Origin: Beijerinckiaceae bacterium
GTDB taxonomy: Bacteria; Pseudomonadota; Alphaproteobacteria; Rhizobiales; Beijerinckiaceae
NCBI GenBank assembly: GCA_036556825.1
Contig: DATBIR010000056.1
Location: forward strand, 4,163-68,162
DNA: 64,000 nt
Direction: 5' to 3'
The position numbers and the translations under genes were made by a program. The stretch's first letter is position 1; every line of letters begins with the position of its first letter. The notes below the pieces were generated by a model, which was given only the letters and a program-made list of their open reading frames with translations, made no database searches and was not told where the DNA came from. Below, piece after piece: positions 1 through 9,647 of this stretch.

Positions 1-162
1 ATCGTGGGCCTCGAAGTGCCGATCTCGCGCACCGAGGGCAAGTGGAAAGTCAGTCAAACCGGCCGGTGGCGGACAGGGCCGGCGTGGTACACGGCCTGCT
101 TGCCCAGGATCCGGCATCGGAGGCGATGGCCAATCTTCGTCGCCGAACGTAGCGGCGGCTGA
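1..162 (+). CDS. paiB: 3' end of FMN-binding negative transcriptional regulator (PaiB family), partial, with an apparent compensating frameshift pair
   Basis: Frame 1 reads IVGLEVPISRTEGKWKVSQ. The typical continuation NRPVADRAGVVHGLLAQDPASEAMANL lies in frame 3 from nt 57, and frame 1 resumes as VAERSGG* (TGA 160-162). Confidence 0.65.
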   Translation: MVGLEVPISRTEGKWKVSQTGRWRTGPAWYTACLPRIRHRRRWPIFVAERSGG

Positions 163-574
163 ACGCGCCCCGGATGGCGCCGATCAGGGTTGACGATCGC
201 CTTCGTAGTCCTGCTCGCGCGCCGGCGGCGACGCCAGATAGATGGCGGCGATCAGGCCCAGCCCGGCCACGACGAGGCCGGCGCCAAAGCTCACGAATTG
301 TATCACCGTCGCCATGGCGCCAATTTACGCCCGACACTTTAACATAGGTTAAACAAGATCGAGGCCGCCAGCGATCAGACACCGACTACGAAACGCGTCA
401 CCATCCCGGCCGACCGTGCCATGCCAGCGTCGTTCGATTTCCATGGCACGACCTCGGGTGACGCGCGAGTCCGCGGTCGCAGCCGGTTGCCGCGACAATC
501 GCCGAGCAAGGTCGGCGGCGGACCGGCGCGGGAGACGAAGCGTGCCGAAAAGGAACGCCCGCGCAGCCGTCCCG

Positions 575-590
575 TTAACAGGGGCTTAAC
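575..590 (+). promoter_or_regulatory. Perfect CtrA box TTAA-N7-TTAAC
   Basis: ttaa-caggggc-ttaac, about 45 nt upstream of ATG 635. Confidence 0.7.
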
Positions 591-634
591 CGAGAATCGG
601 CCGCAATGCCCGCGGGGGGCTTGAGGACGGTACC

Positions 635-1192
635 ATGACCACAGATCACAAGCACCCCGGCAACCCGATTCCGTCGGTAGTCCGGCCAAGCCTTCCCACC
701 TTGATCGGCCCATCCGAGGCGAAGTTTCCCGAACCCGACGCGCACGCCGCCGGAGGATTCGAGCTTATCGAACGTGCGGCGACCTTGATCAGAACGAGCG
801 AGGAGCGGGCGCTGCGGGCGGAGGAAAGAGCTGAAAAGGTCTCGGCCAGGGCGATCGAGGCCATGAAGGCCGCGCAGCTGCGGGTCGAGCAGACGGAAGC
901 GCGTGTCGGGCAACTCGAGCAGCATGCCGCCGAGCAGGCCAAGCTGGCGCAGGAGCGGATCATCAAGGCAGAAGCTCTCGCCCAGGAACGCATCGACAAG
1001 GCAGAAGCCTGGGCGCAAGAGGCGGAGGAACGAGCACGCGCCGCGCAAAGCCGCTTGCAAGCAGCCGAGATCCGCGCCAGCGATGCGGAGGAACAGCTGC
1101 AACGGCTGAACGAGACGCTGAGGCGAAAGCTGTCTCCCGCCATGCCTTCCGTTTCGTCAGGCGCACACCGCAGCACGCGAAACCTGAATTAA
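635..1192 (+). CDS. Coiled-coil hypothetical protein with 11-aa repeats
   Basis: GAGGA RBS; Ala/Glu/Arg-rich helical body; tandem AQERIIKAEAL / AQERIDKAEAW. Confidence 0.75.
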   Translation: MTTDHKHPGNPIPSVVRPSLPTLIGPSEAKFPEPDAHAAGGFELIERAATLIRTSEERALRAEERAEKVSARAIEAMKAAQLRVEQTEARVGQLEQHAAEQAKLAQERIIKAEALAQERIDKAEAWAQEAEERARAAQSRLQAAEIRASDAEEQLQRLNETLRRKLSPAMPSVSSGAHRSTRNLN

Positions 1193-1306
1193 GGACTTTG
1201 GCGGGTCCGCAGCCGACGGGCCCGTCTTACCGCAAGCCGCTTTGCAGCGTGAGCGCTTCAGGCGGCAGCGATCACGCTCAACTTCTTCCTGAGCCGCATG
1301 AAGCAT

Positions 1307-1451
1307 TTCGGCAAAGTGGCTTGCACATCGCTTTAATGTCTTGAGCTTCGGCGAAGTGGCTTCCACATCGCGGGATCATGCATCTTGGCCCGCATGACCC
1401 CGCTTCGGCGAAGCGACGCCCACCTTGCCGGATCACACTTGCCGATCACGC
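1307..1451. repeat. Three degenerate units of a rhizobial palindromic intergenic repeat
   Basis: ttcggc(a/g)aag(t/c)g...cac...ggatca units start at 1307, 1347 and 1404. The same motif occurs at 38239 and at 61157/61255. Confidence 0.6.
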
Positions 1452-2807
1452 TTACGGCAGCTCGCTCACCGGGGCGAAGTCCGTGTTGAGCCATTTGGCG
1501 ACGTAGTCGTAAAAGTTCCTGCGCACGTTTCGATACGGGGCACCTTGGCATTTGGCGCAGTTGCCCATGCCGTGGGTAGCGCCGGCGATGACCGCGTAAT
1601 CCTTTCTGCGCGAAGGCGACCGCTCGAAGATCTCCTCGTTGTCGCGAATGAAGTAGTGGCCTTGCGAAGCCAGAACGAGCGTCGGCGCCTCGATATATTG
1701 CACCATGCAGGTGGTCGAGTTGTTGCTCGAGCAGTGATCGATGTCGTTCATCGCGTGGGTCGAGCGGATCGCGCCGGCGCCGAGGAACGAATTGATCGTC
1801 ACGTCGATGGAATTCTCGTAAGAAGCGTCGGCCTCCCGGTTCTCGGGAGAGCAGGGACGCACCGTCGTGACAATGTCGGTGACGATCTTGCCGTCGTCGG
1901 TGACGAGCTTGCGAGGGTTTTTCGTGCGCGCGTCGATCGTCCTGTCGAGCTGCACGAGACGCGCCTCGCCGCGATGCGCGACAAACGGAGCGTCGTCGGC
2001 CGGGAAATGCTTGCCGGCCGCCATGGCTCCCCTGGTCTTGAGCGCGGCATCGACCAGACGGTTCATCCGCTTTGACTGTCCCTCGAAATAACGCCTTTGA
2101 AAATCTTCGGAATACGACGAGCAGCCGCGCGGGTTATAGCCGTTCTTCTCGAGGAAGGGGTTCAGTCCATCGTCGAGGGTGGCGGCGTCGGCCTCGTCGG
2201 TCACGGCGGGATTGGCGCTGCGCAAGCGATTCATCGGGTTACCCGGATGCGTGTCGCGAAAGACGATGGCGTCGGCAGGCGGGCCGACGAGAGCGGGGTC
2301 ATCCGAACACTCGACGATCTTGTTGGAGCCTTTGCAGACGCTCAGGCCTTTCTCGGAAATGGCCTGATAGAACGCCACATTCGGCCCGCCGCCGCTGCCG
2401 CCGAGGAGCACGACTCGCTTCACCCCGACTTCTTTCTTGAGGAACTCGACGCCGGCCCTGATGTCGCGCGGCATGCGTTGCTCCCACTTCACGGCCGCTT
2501 CATTGTTGGCCGAATGCGGGTTCATGCCGAGCACGATAAAGCCGCGCTTCGGCAACTCGCGGTCGATGAGAGGGCTGATGCCATCGTTATGCATCCGATT
2601 TTCCGTGCGATGGATGGCAAGGATGGCGGTGGTGGGGTTGGGATGAGCAGCTGGGTCGGGCATGTAGAGTGCGCCCTGGGCATGCCCGTTGAAATGGACG
2701 TAGCGCGGCGGCGGAAACCCGCTCGTTTGCGCCGGTGCCGCGCCGATGTGAAAAATTCCGGCGACGGCGACTGCGACAACAGCCTTTCGGCGTGTGCTCA
2801 TGGACAT
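1452..2807 (-). CDS. Exported alpha/beta hydrolase
   Basis: GGAGG RBS before ATG 2807; signal peptide ending APA-Q; nucleophile elbow LLGGSGGG; C-terminal GATHG; several Cys. Confidence 0.75.
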   Translation of the reverse strand: MSMSTRRKAVVAVAVAGIFHIGAAPAQTSGFPPPRYVHFNGHAQGALYMPDPAAHPNPTTAILAIHRTENRMHNDGISPLIDRELPKRGFIVLGMNPHSANNEAAVKWEQRMPRDIRAGVEFLKKEVGVKRVVLLGGSGGGPNVAFYQAISEKGLSVCKGSNKIVECSDDPALVGPPADAIVFRDTHPGNPMNRLRSANPAVTDEADAATLDDGLNPFLEKNGYNPRGCSSYSEDFQRRYFEGQSKRMNRLVDAALKTRGAMAAGKHFPADDAPFVAHRGEARLVQLDRTIDARTKNPRKLVTDDGKIVTDIVTTVRPCSPENREADASYENSIDVTINSFLGAGAIRSTHAMNDIDHCSSNNSTTCMVQYIEAPTLVLASQGHYFIRDNEEIFERSPSRRKDYAVIAGATHGMGNCAKCQGAPYRNVRRNFYDYVAKWLNTDFAPVSELP

Positions 2808-2875
2808 GCATACCCTCCCTTTGTCGCGCCTTGCGGCGGCTCGTGGCCTCCACGCGTGTGCGATTGCGAAGAATG

Positions 2876-3787
2876 CTAGGCACGCTTGCCGGCCGCAAGC
2901 TCCGAAAGGCGATCCGCGAGGCGGCTCAGCTGCCATTTGCGGGCAAGGTCGGCGGCAGCGGACCAGGTCGGCCTTTTCGTCCGCAGCGGAGGGAGGGGCG
3001 CGGCCGCATCCATCGTGGCGATCCTGCGGTAGAGACGCAGGTTCGCGGCTTGCGCTCGGAACCTGCCGCTCGCCAGCAGCGCTTCAAGCGTGCCGTGCTT
3101 GCGCAGCAGCGCGGCGGCACTCTGCTCGCCGACGCCGGGCGCGCCAGGCAGCTTGTCCGACGGGTCGCCGCGCAGGGCGATGAAGTCGGGCACCTGCTTC
3201 GGATCGACGCCGTAGCGTCGGCGCACCTCGGCAGGACCGATCCGGGCCATCTCGCCGGCCCGCACCGGCTGCAGGATGGTCGTCTGGTCGGAGGCAAGCT
3301 GGAACGCATCGCGATCGCCGCTGGCGACCACGACCGCGCCGCCGCGGCGCTCCTCCCTGGCAACCGCCGCGGCCAGGAAATCATCGGCCTCGTAGCCCGG
3401 CGCCTTGGCGTTGAGAAAGCCGCATGCGGCCACGAACTCCGGGAGCACGTCCAGCTGCTCAAGAAGTTCCCGGTCGAACGCGCGTCCGCTTTGATAACCC
3501 GGAAACAGCTTGCTGCGGTAGGTCGGCGCGTCGAGAGTGTCCCAGGCGACGAGCACGGCGCGTGGGCTTTCCTGCGCATGGAGACGCAGCAGCATGTTGG
3601 CGAAACCCAGGATCGCGCCGGCGCCCTTGTCTCCTGTGCGGCGGATCGTCTTCGGGAGCGCATGATAGGCGCGGTGGGCAAAGGAATCACCGTCAACGAC
3701 GAGGAGCGGCCGCGTCTCCTTGCTGACAGCGGGTCCGGATCGGCGGGAGGGAAGCCTGCTGCGCTTCGGTGAGCTCGGATTCGGCAC
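2876..3787 (-). CDS. Stand-alone 5'-3' exonuclease / flap endonuclease (PolI N-terminal-like)
   Basis: Motifs VDGDS..RAYHA, EADD, SGDRD and the H3TH motif DFIALRGDPSDKLPGAPGVG. No polymerase domain. Confidence 0.9.
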   Translation of the reverse strand: MPNPSSPKRSRLPSRRSGPAVSKETRPLLVVDGDSFAHRAYHALPKTIRRTGDKGAGAILGFANMLLRLHAQESPRAVLVAWDTLDAPTYRSKLFPGYQSGRAFDRELLEQLDVLPEFVAACGFLNAKAPGYEADDFLAAAVAREERRGGAVVVASGDRDAFQLASDQTTILQPVRAGEMARIGPAEVRRRYGVDPKQVPDFIALRGDPSDKLPGAPGVGEQSAAALLRKHGTLEALLASGRFRAQAANLRLYRRIATMDAAAPLPPLRTKRPTWSAAADLARKWQLSRLADRLSELAAGKRA

Positions 3788-3812
3788 ACGCCCCCCATCA
3801 ATCCGACCGGCG

Positions 3813-5840
3813 CTATGCAGCCCTCACCGCTGCCAGATAACCTTCGAGCTCCGAGGTTAGCTGCTCCGCCTGCTCCGTCAATTGGCTCGCGGCGGCAAGC
3901 ACGTGCTGGGCTGCCTCTCCGGTTTCCGTGGCGGCGCGATTCACGGATGTGATGTTGCCGCTCACCTCGCGGGTGCCGCTCGCCACCTCCTGAGCATTAT
4001 GCGCGATCTCGCGGGTCGCGCCATTCTGCTCGTTGATGGAACCGGCGATCGCTTCCGAGATGTTACGCATGTCACCGATCGTCGCGAGAATGCTGTGAAT
4101 TGCCGCAACCGCGTTGTGCGTGGTTGTCTGGATCCCGGCAATCTGGACACTGATTTCCTCGGTCGCTTTCGCGGTCTGGCCGGCCAGGCTCTTCACCTCG
4201 CTTGCCACCACTGCGAAGCCCCGGCCGGCATCGCCGGCGCGCGCAGCCTCGATCGTGGCATTGAGTGCGAGAAGGTTTGTCTGGTTCGCGATGGTCTGGA
4301 TCAAGGCCACGACCTCGCCGATGCATTGCGCGCTTTTTGCGAGTTCCTGCACCGTCTGGTCGGTGCGCTCGGCCTCGGCGACGGCCTTACCGGCGATCTC
4401 CGAGGACTGCGCTACCTGCCGCCCGATCTCGGAGATGGACGACGACAATTCTTCGGCGGCGGAGGCCACGGCCTGGACGTTCACAGACGCCTCCTCGGCG
4501 GCCGAAGCAACCGCCACTGAACGCTGGTTCGTTTCGTCCGCCGTGGTCGACATCGTTGTCGATGTCTGTCGCATGGTGGCGGCTGCCGATGCCAGTTCCG
4601 AGACGAGATCTGCCATGCGTTGCTGGAACTGCTCGTTGATGGCGTCGACGGTGCGGGCGCGGCGCTCCTTGGCTTCGCGCTCGGCCAGTTGCTCGTCGGT
4701 CAGCCGGTTCGCCCGCACGAGGCCGTCGCGGAAGACTTGCACCGCGCGCCCCATGGCGCCGATTTCATCCTTTCGCTCGGCATGCGGGATCGCCGTCTCC
4801 AGATCCCCGGCGGCGATGCGTTGCATTGCTCCCGTGATCCGGGTGATCGGGCCCGCAATGCTGCGCCCGATCAGCCAGGCGAGCACGATGCCTAGCGTCA
4901 GCGCAATGATTGCGGTGGTGGCTCCTAAATTGCGCGTCGCGCGCACGACCTCGTTCATCTGTCCGATGGCGTCGGCCTGCTCCGCGGCGCTCTGCGACTG
5001 CATGGCAGAGACCGCCTCAAGGAGCGACTTGGCGGCCACGTCCCGTTCGGACGTGGCAGCCGCGAAGGCGTTGCTGGCGGAGACGACCCGTGCCAGCGCG
5101 CGCTCGAACTTGCCCATGGGCTCGGACAGAGCCTGCACGAAGCGCTGCACGCGCCGGTTATCCGGCGCGCCGGCGCGCACGCCCTCAATGGCGCCTTTCA
5201 TGGCCTCGAGCTCGGCGCCAGCGGCAGCAGCATCCGCGGGATTGCGCGAAGCCAGGTAACGCGACGCCGAAGCGTTGGCGTTGAGGAGGGCCTCGCTCAT
5301 GCGCAACGCCTTTGCGAGCACGTCCGCATTGGCAGCATCGCGCACCACTGCGCCAGCGATGGCGGAAACCGTCGTGCGGAGTTCGGTCCCAGCCGGCGTC
5401 ATTTCTGCGATGCCGCCGCGGCGCGCGCCGATTGCGTCGATCATGCCCTTGACGGCAGCGCGGTATTTGTTTTCGCGCGCGGCGAGGTCGGCCAGTGCGG
5501 AACGGTCGTCCCTCCCGGCCGCTACGAGGTTCTCGGCAGTTTGGGCGAGCCTCTGCAGGGCTTGTTGTGCGACTGCGAGGTCGCCGTCGTTTTCCGTCAG
5601 CGCATATTGCATCACAAGCGAGCGCGCGGCTTCGGTCCGATTGGCGAAGGTCTCGACCGCGCCGGCGATCTCGGCGCTGACCGCAACGCGCGCGGCCTGC
5701 GTCTCGACGGTCCCGCTGCCGCGGAGCGAGAGCACCGCCAGAGCACCGAGCAGCATGAGCACGATTGCGAAGCCACCGAAAACGCGGTGGCGAACGGACA
5801 AGCTTCCGATGACGGAACGGAATGGCCTTATACGCGGCAT
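3813..5840 (-). CDS. Methyl-accepting chemotaxis protein
   Basis: TM - large helical periplasmic domain - TM - HAMP - signalling hairpin [31 protein letters not shown]. Confidence 0.95.
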   Translation of the reverse strand: MPRIRPFRSVIGSLSVRHRVFGGFAIVLMLLGALAVLSLRGSGTVETQAARVAVSAEIAGAVETFANRTEAARSLVMQYALTENDGDLAVAQQALQRLAQTAENLVAAGRDDRSALADLAARENKYRAAVKGMIDAIGARRGGIAEMTPAGTELRTTVSAIAGAVVRDAANADVLAKALRMSEALLNANASASRYLASRNPADAAAAGAELEAMKGAIEGVRAGAPDNRRVQRFVQALSEPMGKFERALARVVSASNAFAAATSERDVAAKSLLEAVSAMQSQSAAEQADAIGQMNEVVRATRNLGATTAIIALTLGIVLAWLIGRSIAGPITRITGAMQRIAAGDLETAIPHAERKDEIGAMGRAVQVFRDGLVRANRLTDEQLAEREAKERRARTVDAINEQFQQRMADLVSELASAAATMRQTSTTMSTTADETNQRSVAVASAAEEASVNVQAVASAAEELSSSISEIGRQVAQSSEIAGKAVAEAERTDQTVQELAKSAQCIGEVVALIQTIANQTNLLALNATIEAARAGDAGRGFAVVASEVKSLAGQTAKATEEISVQIAGIQTTTHNAVAAIHSILATIGDMRNISEAIAGSINEQNGATREIAHNAQEVASGTREVSGNITSVNRAATETGEAAQHVLAAASQLTEQAEQLTSELEGYLAAVRAA

Positions 5841-5854
5841 GCCAACCTCGAATG

Positions 5855-5886
5855 ATGCTCCCCCGCCCCCATGGGGCGGGGAGCAT
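5855..5886. other. Strong GC hairpin between the dctP-like gene and the MCP gene
   Basis: atgctccccc-gcccc...ggggc-ggggagcat, with no clear U tract on the minus strand. Confidence 0.5.
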
Positions 5887-5893
5887 GCTTGTG

Positions 5894-6907
5894 CTATTTC
5901 GCGGCGCGGAGCGTGGCGATCACGTCCGCTCCGAACTTCTTCTCGAATTCCGGGGTAGCCGACGCCATCGCTTCCGCAAACTTCGCGGTATCGATGCCGG
6001 GCGTCACCTTCATGCCGGCTTTCTCGAGGGCAGCGACGCCTTGCGCCTGGGCTTGCGCCGCAAACTCGCGGGAGGCCTTGGCGCCGGCCTTTGCCGCCTC
6101 GATCACGGCTTCCTTGTCGCCTTCCGAGAGCTCCTCGAACGTGTCGACGGACATCACAATGACGGCCGGGTCATAGACGTGGCCGCTGACCGTGAGGAAC
6201 TTCTGGACCTGATCGAATTTCGATGCCTGGATCGTGGCGATCGGGTTTTCCTGACCATCGAACTGGCCGGTCTGCAGGGCGGCGTAGAGCTGCGGGAACG
6301 CAAGCGGCGCGACATCGGCGCCAAGCGCCTTGAAGCCGGCGAGCATCACCTCCGATTGCGGCAGGCGCAGCTTCAAGCCTTTGAGGTCATCGGGACCTTT
6401 GACCTCTCGCTTTGAATTCGTGATGTGGCGCATGCCGTTCTCGCCCCAGGCAAGAGCGACGAGATCCTTGGCGCGGAACTTTTCCAGATACGACTGACCG
6501 AGGGCGCTATCGAGCGCGGCCTGGGCATGCTTGGCATCGCGGAAAAGGAAAGGGATGTTGAAGACGCCGACCTCCGGCACGATGTTAGGCAGCGGCGCGC
6601 CCGTGATAAAAGCCATGTCGATGGTGCCGAGCTGAACGCCCTTGAGCATTTCAACCTCACCGCCGAGGGCGGAATTCGGGAATTGCTCGAGCGTGATGCG
6701 GCCCATCGTGCGCTTGGCGAGTTCGTCGGCGAAGGCGCTCGCACCAGCGCCGAGCTGAGAATCCTTGGCCAGGATATAGCCGATTTTCAGGGTCCTGCTC
6801 TGGGCCGCGGCGGGCCCGGCACCGCACAAGGCGGTGGCAGCCGCGAGGCCGATCAAAGCATGCAGCGCCTGGCGGCGCGAGACGGACGCAAACACCTTAT
6901 TGTTCAT
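5894..6907 (-). CDS. dctP: TRAP transporter substrate-binding protein (DctP family), orphan
   Basis: Tat-like SRRQAL signal; motifs LGGE, ENGMRHI, GLKLR, LQTG.FDGQENP; start at ATG 6907 with GGAGAGG RBS. Confidence 0.92.
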   Translation of the reverse strand: MNNKVFASVSRRQALHALIGLAAATALCGAGPAAAQSRTLKIGYILAKDSQLGAGASAFADELAKRTMGRITLEQFPNSALGGEVEMLKGVQLGTIDMAFITGAPLPNIVPEVGVFNIPFLFRDAKHAQAALDSALGQSYLEKFRAKDLVALAWGENGMRHITNSKREVKGPDDLKGLKLRLPQSEVMLAGFKALGADVAPLAFPQLYAALQTGQFDGQENPIATIQASKFDQVQKFLTVSGHVYDPAVIVMSVDTFEELSEGDKEAVIEAAKAGAKASREFAAQAQAQGVAALEKAGMKVTPGIDTAKFAEAMASATPEFEKKFGADVIATLRAAK

Positions 6908-7127
6908 GACAACCTCTCCTCCCGCCAATTCATGGCAAGGGCCACGCTTGCTAGCCCGCGGAGCTTGAGATTGGCTTAAAATTGCTGGCACGATTGTCCG
7001 GGCCGACTTTGTAACCGATGAGCAGCATCGCGCGTGCGCGGACGTCACAGCCGCGCCGATGCGCTCCAAGTGTCGTTCGTGCGCGACGAAGACGGTGGCG
7101 AACCGATGTTGTGCTCACGATGGCCGA

Positions 7128-8051
7128 TCAACGCGGACCGGCGGGACCATTGCTTGCCGCACATGTCCCCCGACCCGCGATGCGTTCGGTCGCGCGGCAT
7201 GTCTCGAGCAGCCCCGGCAAGGCCTCGCCCAGGCCGGTTAAGCCGCGGATCGGAATTTGCGCGCGGATGTGATCGCAGACCGCCTGGCAGCCGACGAAAC
7301 CGAAATTGGCGGCTGCCCCCTTGAGACGGTGCAGGATGCGGTCCGCGGCCATCGGATCGTCGTGTTCGAGCGCGCACTGCAATTCATCGAACACCTCCGG
7401 CAGGCCGGTCCAGAATGTGGCCAGCAGGCCAGCGAACACATCGTCCCCGAGTTGCGCTGCCACGGTGTCGAAATGGCGCCGGTCGATCAGGGCCTGCTGC
7501 CCGGATGCCGCGCCGATCTCTGCCGGCGCAGGCATCTGCCGCGCTGTCCATGGCCGGAGCGCGGCCGCTAGCTTGTCGCCCGTCACCGGTTTCGACACGA
7601 AGTCGTTCATGCCCGCGTCGAGGCAAGCCTGGCGATCCGCCGGGAAAGCATTGGCCGTGATCGCAATGACGGGGACCTGGCCGTGCGGAGGAGGCAGCTT
7701 TCGGATGGCCAGCGTCGCCTCGATGCCATCCATGCCAGGCATCTGCATGTCCATCAGGATCACGTCGTAAAGCCGTGTCTTGGCCTTCTCGACAGACTCC
7801 GAGCCGTTGGTCGCCAGATCGATCCGGTGTCCTTGCCTCTCGAGCATGCGGGTCGCCACGTCCCGGTTCACCGGGTTGTCGTCCGCCAGCAGGATTGTCA
7901 ATGAATCGGCGTGCGCCTGGGCGGCGATGTGTGCCGATGGCGGGTCGTGTTGCGCCGCGGTTGCGCCCGGGTGGCCAGGCTGCAGCGAGCCGTCCGGCCG
8001 CAGCGAGGGCTTGCGCACCCATCCGAACGGGGACTTGAAACGTAGGGACAT
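7128..8051 (-). CDS. Response regulator with C-terminal Hpt domain (REC-Hpt)
   Basis: REC motifs ILLADD, LMDMQMP, ITANA, KP; Hpt motif LHRLKGAAANFG. Start uncertain (8051 or 8156). Confidence 0.88.
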   Translation of the reverse strand: MSLRFKSPFGWVRKPSLRPDGSLQPGHPGATAAQHDPPSAHIAAQAHADSLTILLADDNPVNRDVATRMLERQGHRIDLATNGSESVEKAKTRLYDVILMDMQMPGMDGIEATLAIRKLPPPHGQVPVIAITANAFPADRQACLDAGMNDFVSKPVTGDKLAAALRPWTARQMPAPAEIGAASGQQALIDRRHFDTVAAQLGDDVFAGLLATFWTGLPEVFDELQCALEHDDPMAADRILHRLKGAAANFGFVGCQAVCDHIRAQIPIRGLTGLGEALPGLLETCRATERIAGRGTCAASNGPAGPR

Positions 8052-8211
8052 GGCGCGTCGTGAAATTGCCGGACCTGGGCTCTGGTATGCGGAGCATCGG
8101 CCAGCCGGTCCGCCGCAATGTCCAGGGCGTGAATGCAGCGAGATTAGCGGCAGCATGTTGACATAGTGTTAGGACGCCGCCCGCTGCTTCGGCCGGCGCC
8201 GGGAGCACGCG

Positions 8212-8227
8212 TTAACCTGCTCTTAAC
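8212..8227. promoter_or_regulatory. Perfect CtrA box TTAA-N7-TTAAC
   Basis: ttaa-cctgctc-ttaac in the divergent region upstream of REC-Hpt. Confidence 0.7.
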
Positions 8228-8596
8228 TCCCGCCCCTCCGGATGCGGGGGGAACAATCAACGGCAATCACGTGCGCCGGATCCATGTCGAGGGGGCTTCA
8301 ACGCGCGGAAACGTACGCCATCCGAGCCTGTTCCTGGCGATCGTGCGAAAGGTTGGACCACACTCCCAATGAGAAGAAGGCAGGCCGGTCCTCGCCCTTG
8401 CGGTGTCTCACCAATGGGGATCACACACGCGTGTGCCCGCAGGAGCGATTTCGCGCTGCGGAGCTTTGGTGAACAACTCGTTTCCGATGTGCCTCGAGTG
8501 CTTCTCAAATGTTGAAGGCTGCCTCAATCCGGCGCGGCTAAAATCCTCGTCCTGTCAGATTCCGCAGTGGGATCGAATGGACGGAGAGAGCACATC

Positions 8597-8812
8597 ATGC
8601 CGGTCGGGGAGATGCACCTGAACCTGCTCGCCAGCGCGGCAAAGGCCGGCGAGGCGAGCTGGCGCTTCGAAGATGGCGCCGCGCGCTATGAAGCGCTTCT
8701 TGATCTGGAAGACGCCGGGCTGCTCGGCCCGAAATCCGTCGTCAGCGACGACATGTTCACGTGGCAGGTCGACAGCCGCGTGCTGAGCGCCGTGTCCACG
8801 ACGCGGCAGTGA
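8597..8812 (+). CDS. Small hypothetical protein (71 aa)
   Basis: GGAGAG RBS, GC-rich third codon positions, non-overlapping location. Confidence 0.6.
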   Translation: MPVGEMHLNLLASAAKAGEASWRFEDGAARYEALLDLEDAGLLGPKSVVSDDMFTWQVDSRVLSAVSTTRQ

Positions 8813-8846
8813 GCCGGCCGGCGCTCAGGCCCGAGCGGAACGTGCT

Positions 8847-9551
8847 TTAGAAGCGGTAAGTGACGCCGCCATGCACTACGGCGGGGTCGAGCCTGATATC
8901 GGCCTTCACGGGAGCGGGTCCAAGAAAGCCCCTCGCCTCCGTGCGCAGATAAGCCTTCTTGAAGTCGATGAAGATCCCCCAGTGATCATCGATCATGTAG
9001 TCGGCGCCGACCTGCAGGGCGACACCGGCGGCATTGTCGATCTCGAGCTGGGTCATCAGACCGTCTTTTCGGTCGAACACGACCATGAAGGCGGCCCCGA
9101 GACCGATATACGGCTGGAACCGGCCGAAGCCCTGAAAATGATAGTGGGCCGTCAAGGTCATCGGCCCATACGTGCTGCGGCCCACCAGGCCCATGCCGTC
9201 CATGGTGCCGGCGGCTTCGACCTTGATGCGCGGCGGGTAGCCGCCCGTGAACGAAACCGCGAGTTCGGGAGTGAAGAAGTAGCCAATCTCGACTGCCGGC
9301 GTCACCTGCGGCTTGATCTCGACATCGCCGCCGACGATGCGGTTCCCGCCGACGTTGATCTTGGCTCCTTCGTCGAGGATGACACCCGCGATCCCGACAT
9401 GCACGTAGAAGCTCGGCGGCCGCTTGAAGGCGGCGACAGGCGCCACCGCGAGTGCCCTCTCGGCAGGAACGTCGGCGGCAGAGGCACGGGTGGTCGCGGC
9501 TCCCAGGATTGGGAGCAGCAGCACCACCGCTGCCAAGCTGTTCCGAATCAT
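8847..9551 (-). CDS. ompW: OmpW/AlkL family outer-membrane protein
   Basis: Signal peptide; GYFFT, P.TLTAHYHF, PYIGLG, ALQVGADY, LDPAVV; terminal YRF. Confidence 0.9.
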   Translation of the reverse strand: MIRNSLAAVVLLLPILGAATTRASAADVPAERALAVAPVAAFKRPPSFYVHVGIAGVILDEGAKINVGGNRIVGGDVEIKPQVTPAVEIGYFFTPELAVSFTGGYPPRIKVEAAGTMDGMGLVGRSTYGPMTLTAHYHFQGFGRFQPYIGLGAAFMVVFDRKDGLMTQLEIDNAAGVALQVGADYMIDDHWGIFIDFKKAYLRTEARGFLGPAPVKADIRLDPAVVHGGVTYRF

Positions 9552-9647
9552 TGCGCGCCTCTACAGAATCATCCGGCTCCGAGTATTAAGCAATTTTGTT
9601 AACAGATCGTTTTCGGCTGCTCCGGGCCGGTTCGCTCGTGCCGATGC

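Noticed and set aside
1307-1438. Three spaced repeats resembling a mini CRISPR array
   Set aside because: The units are degenerate with irregular spacing (40 and 57 nt) and match the same intergenic repeat family.
9586-9602. CtrA full site upstream of ompW
   Set aside because: The TTAA spacing is 9 rather than 7, so these are at most half-sites.
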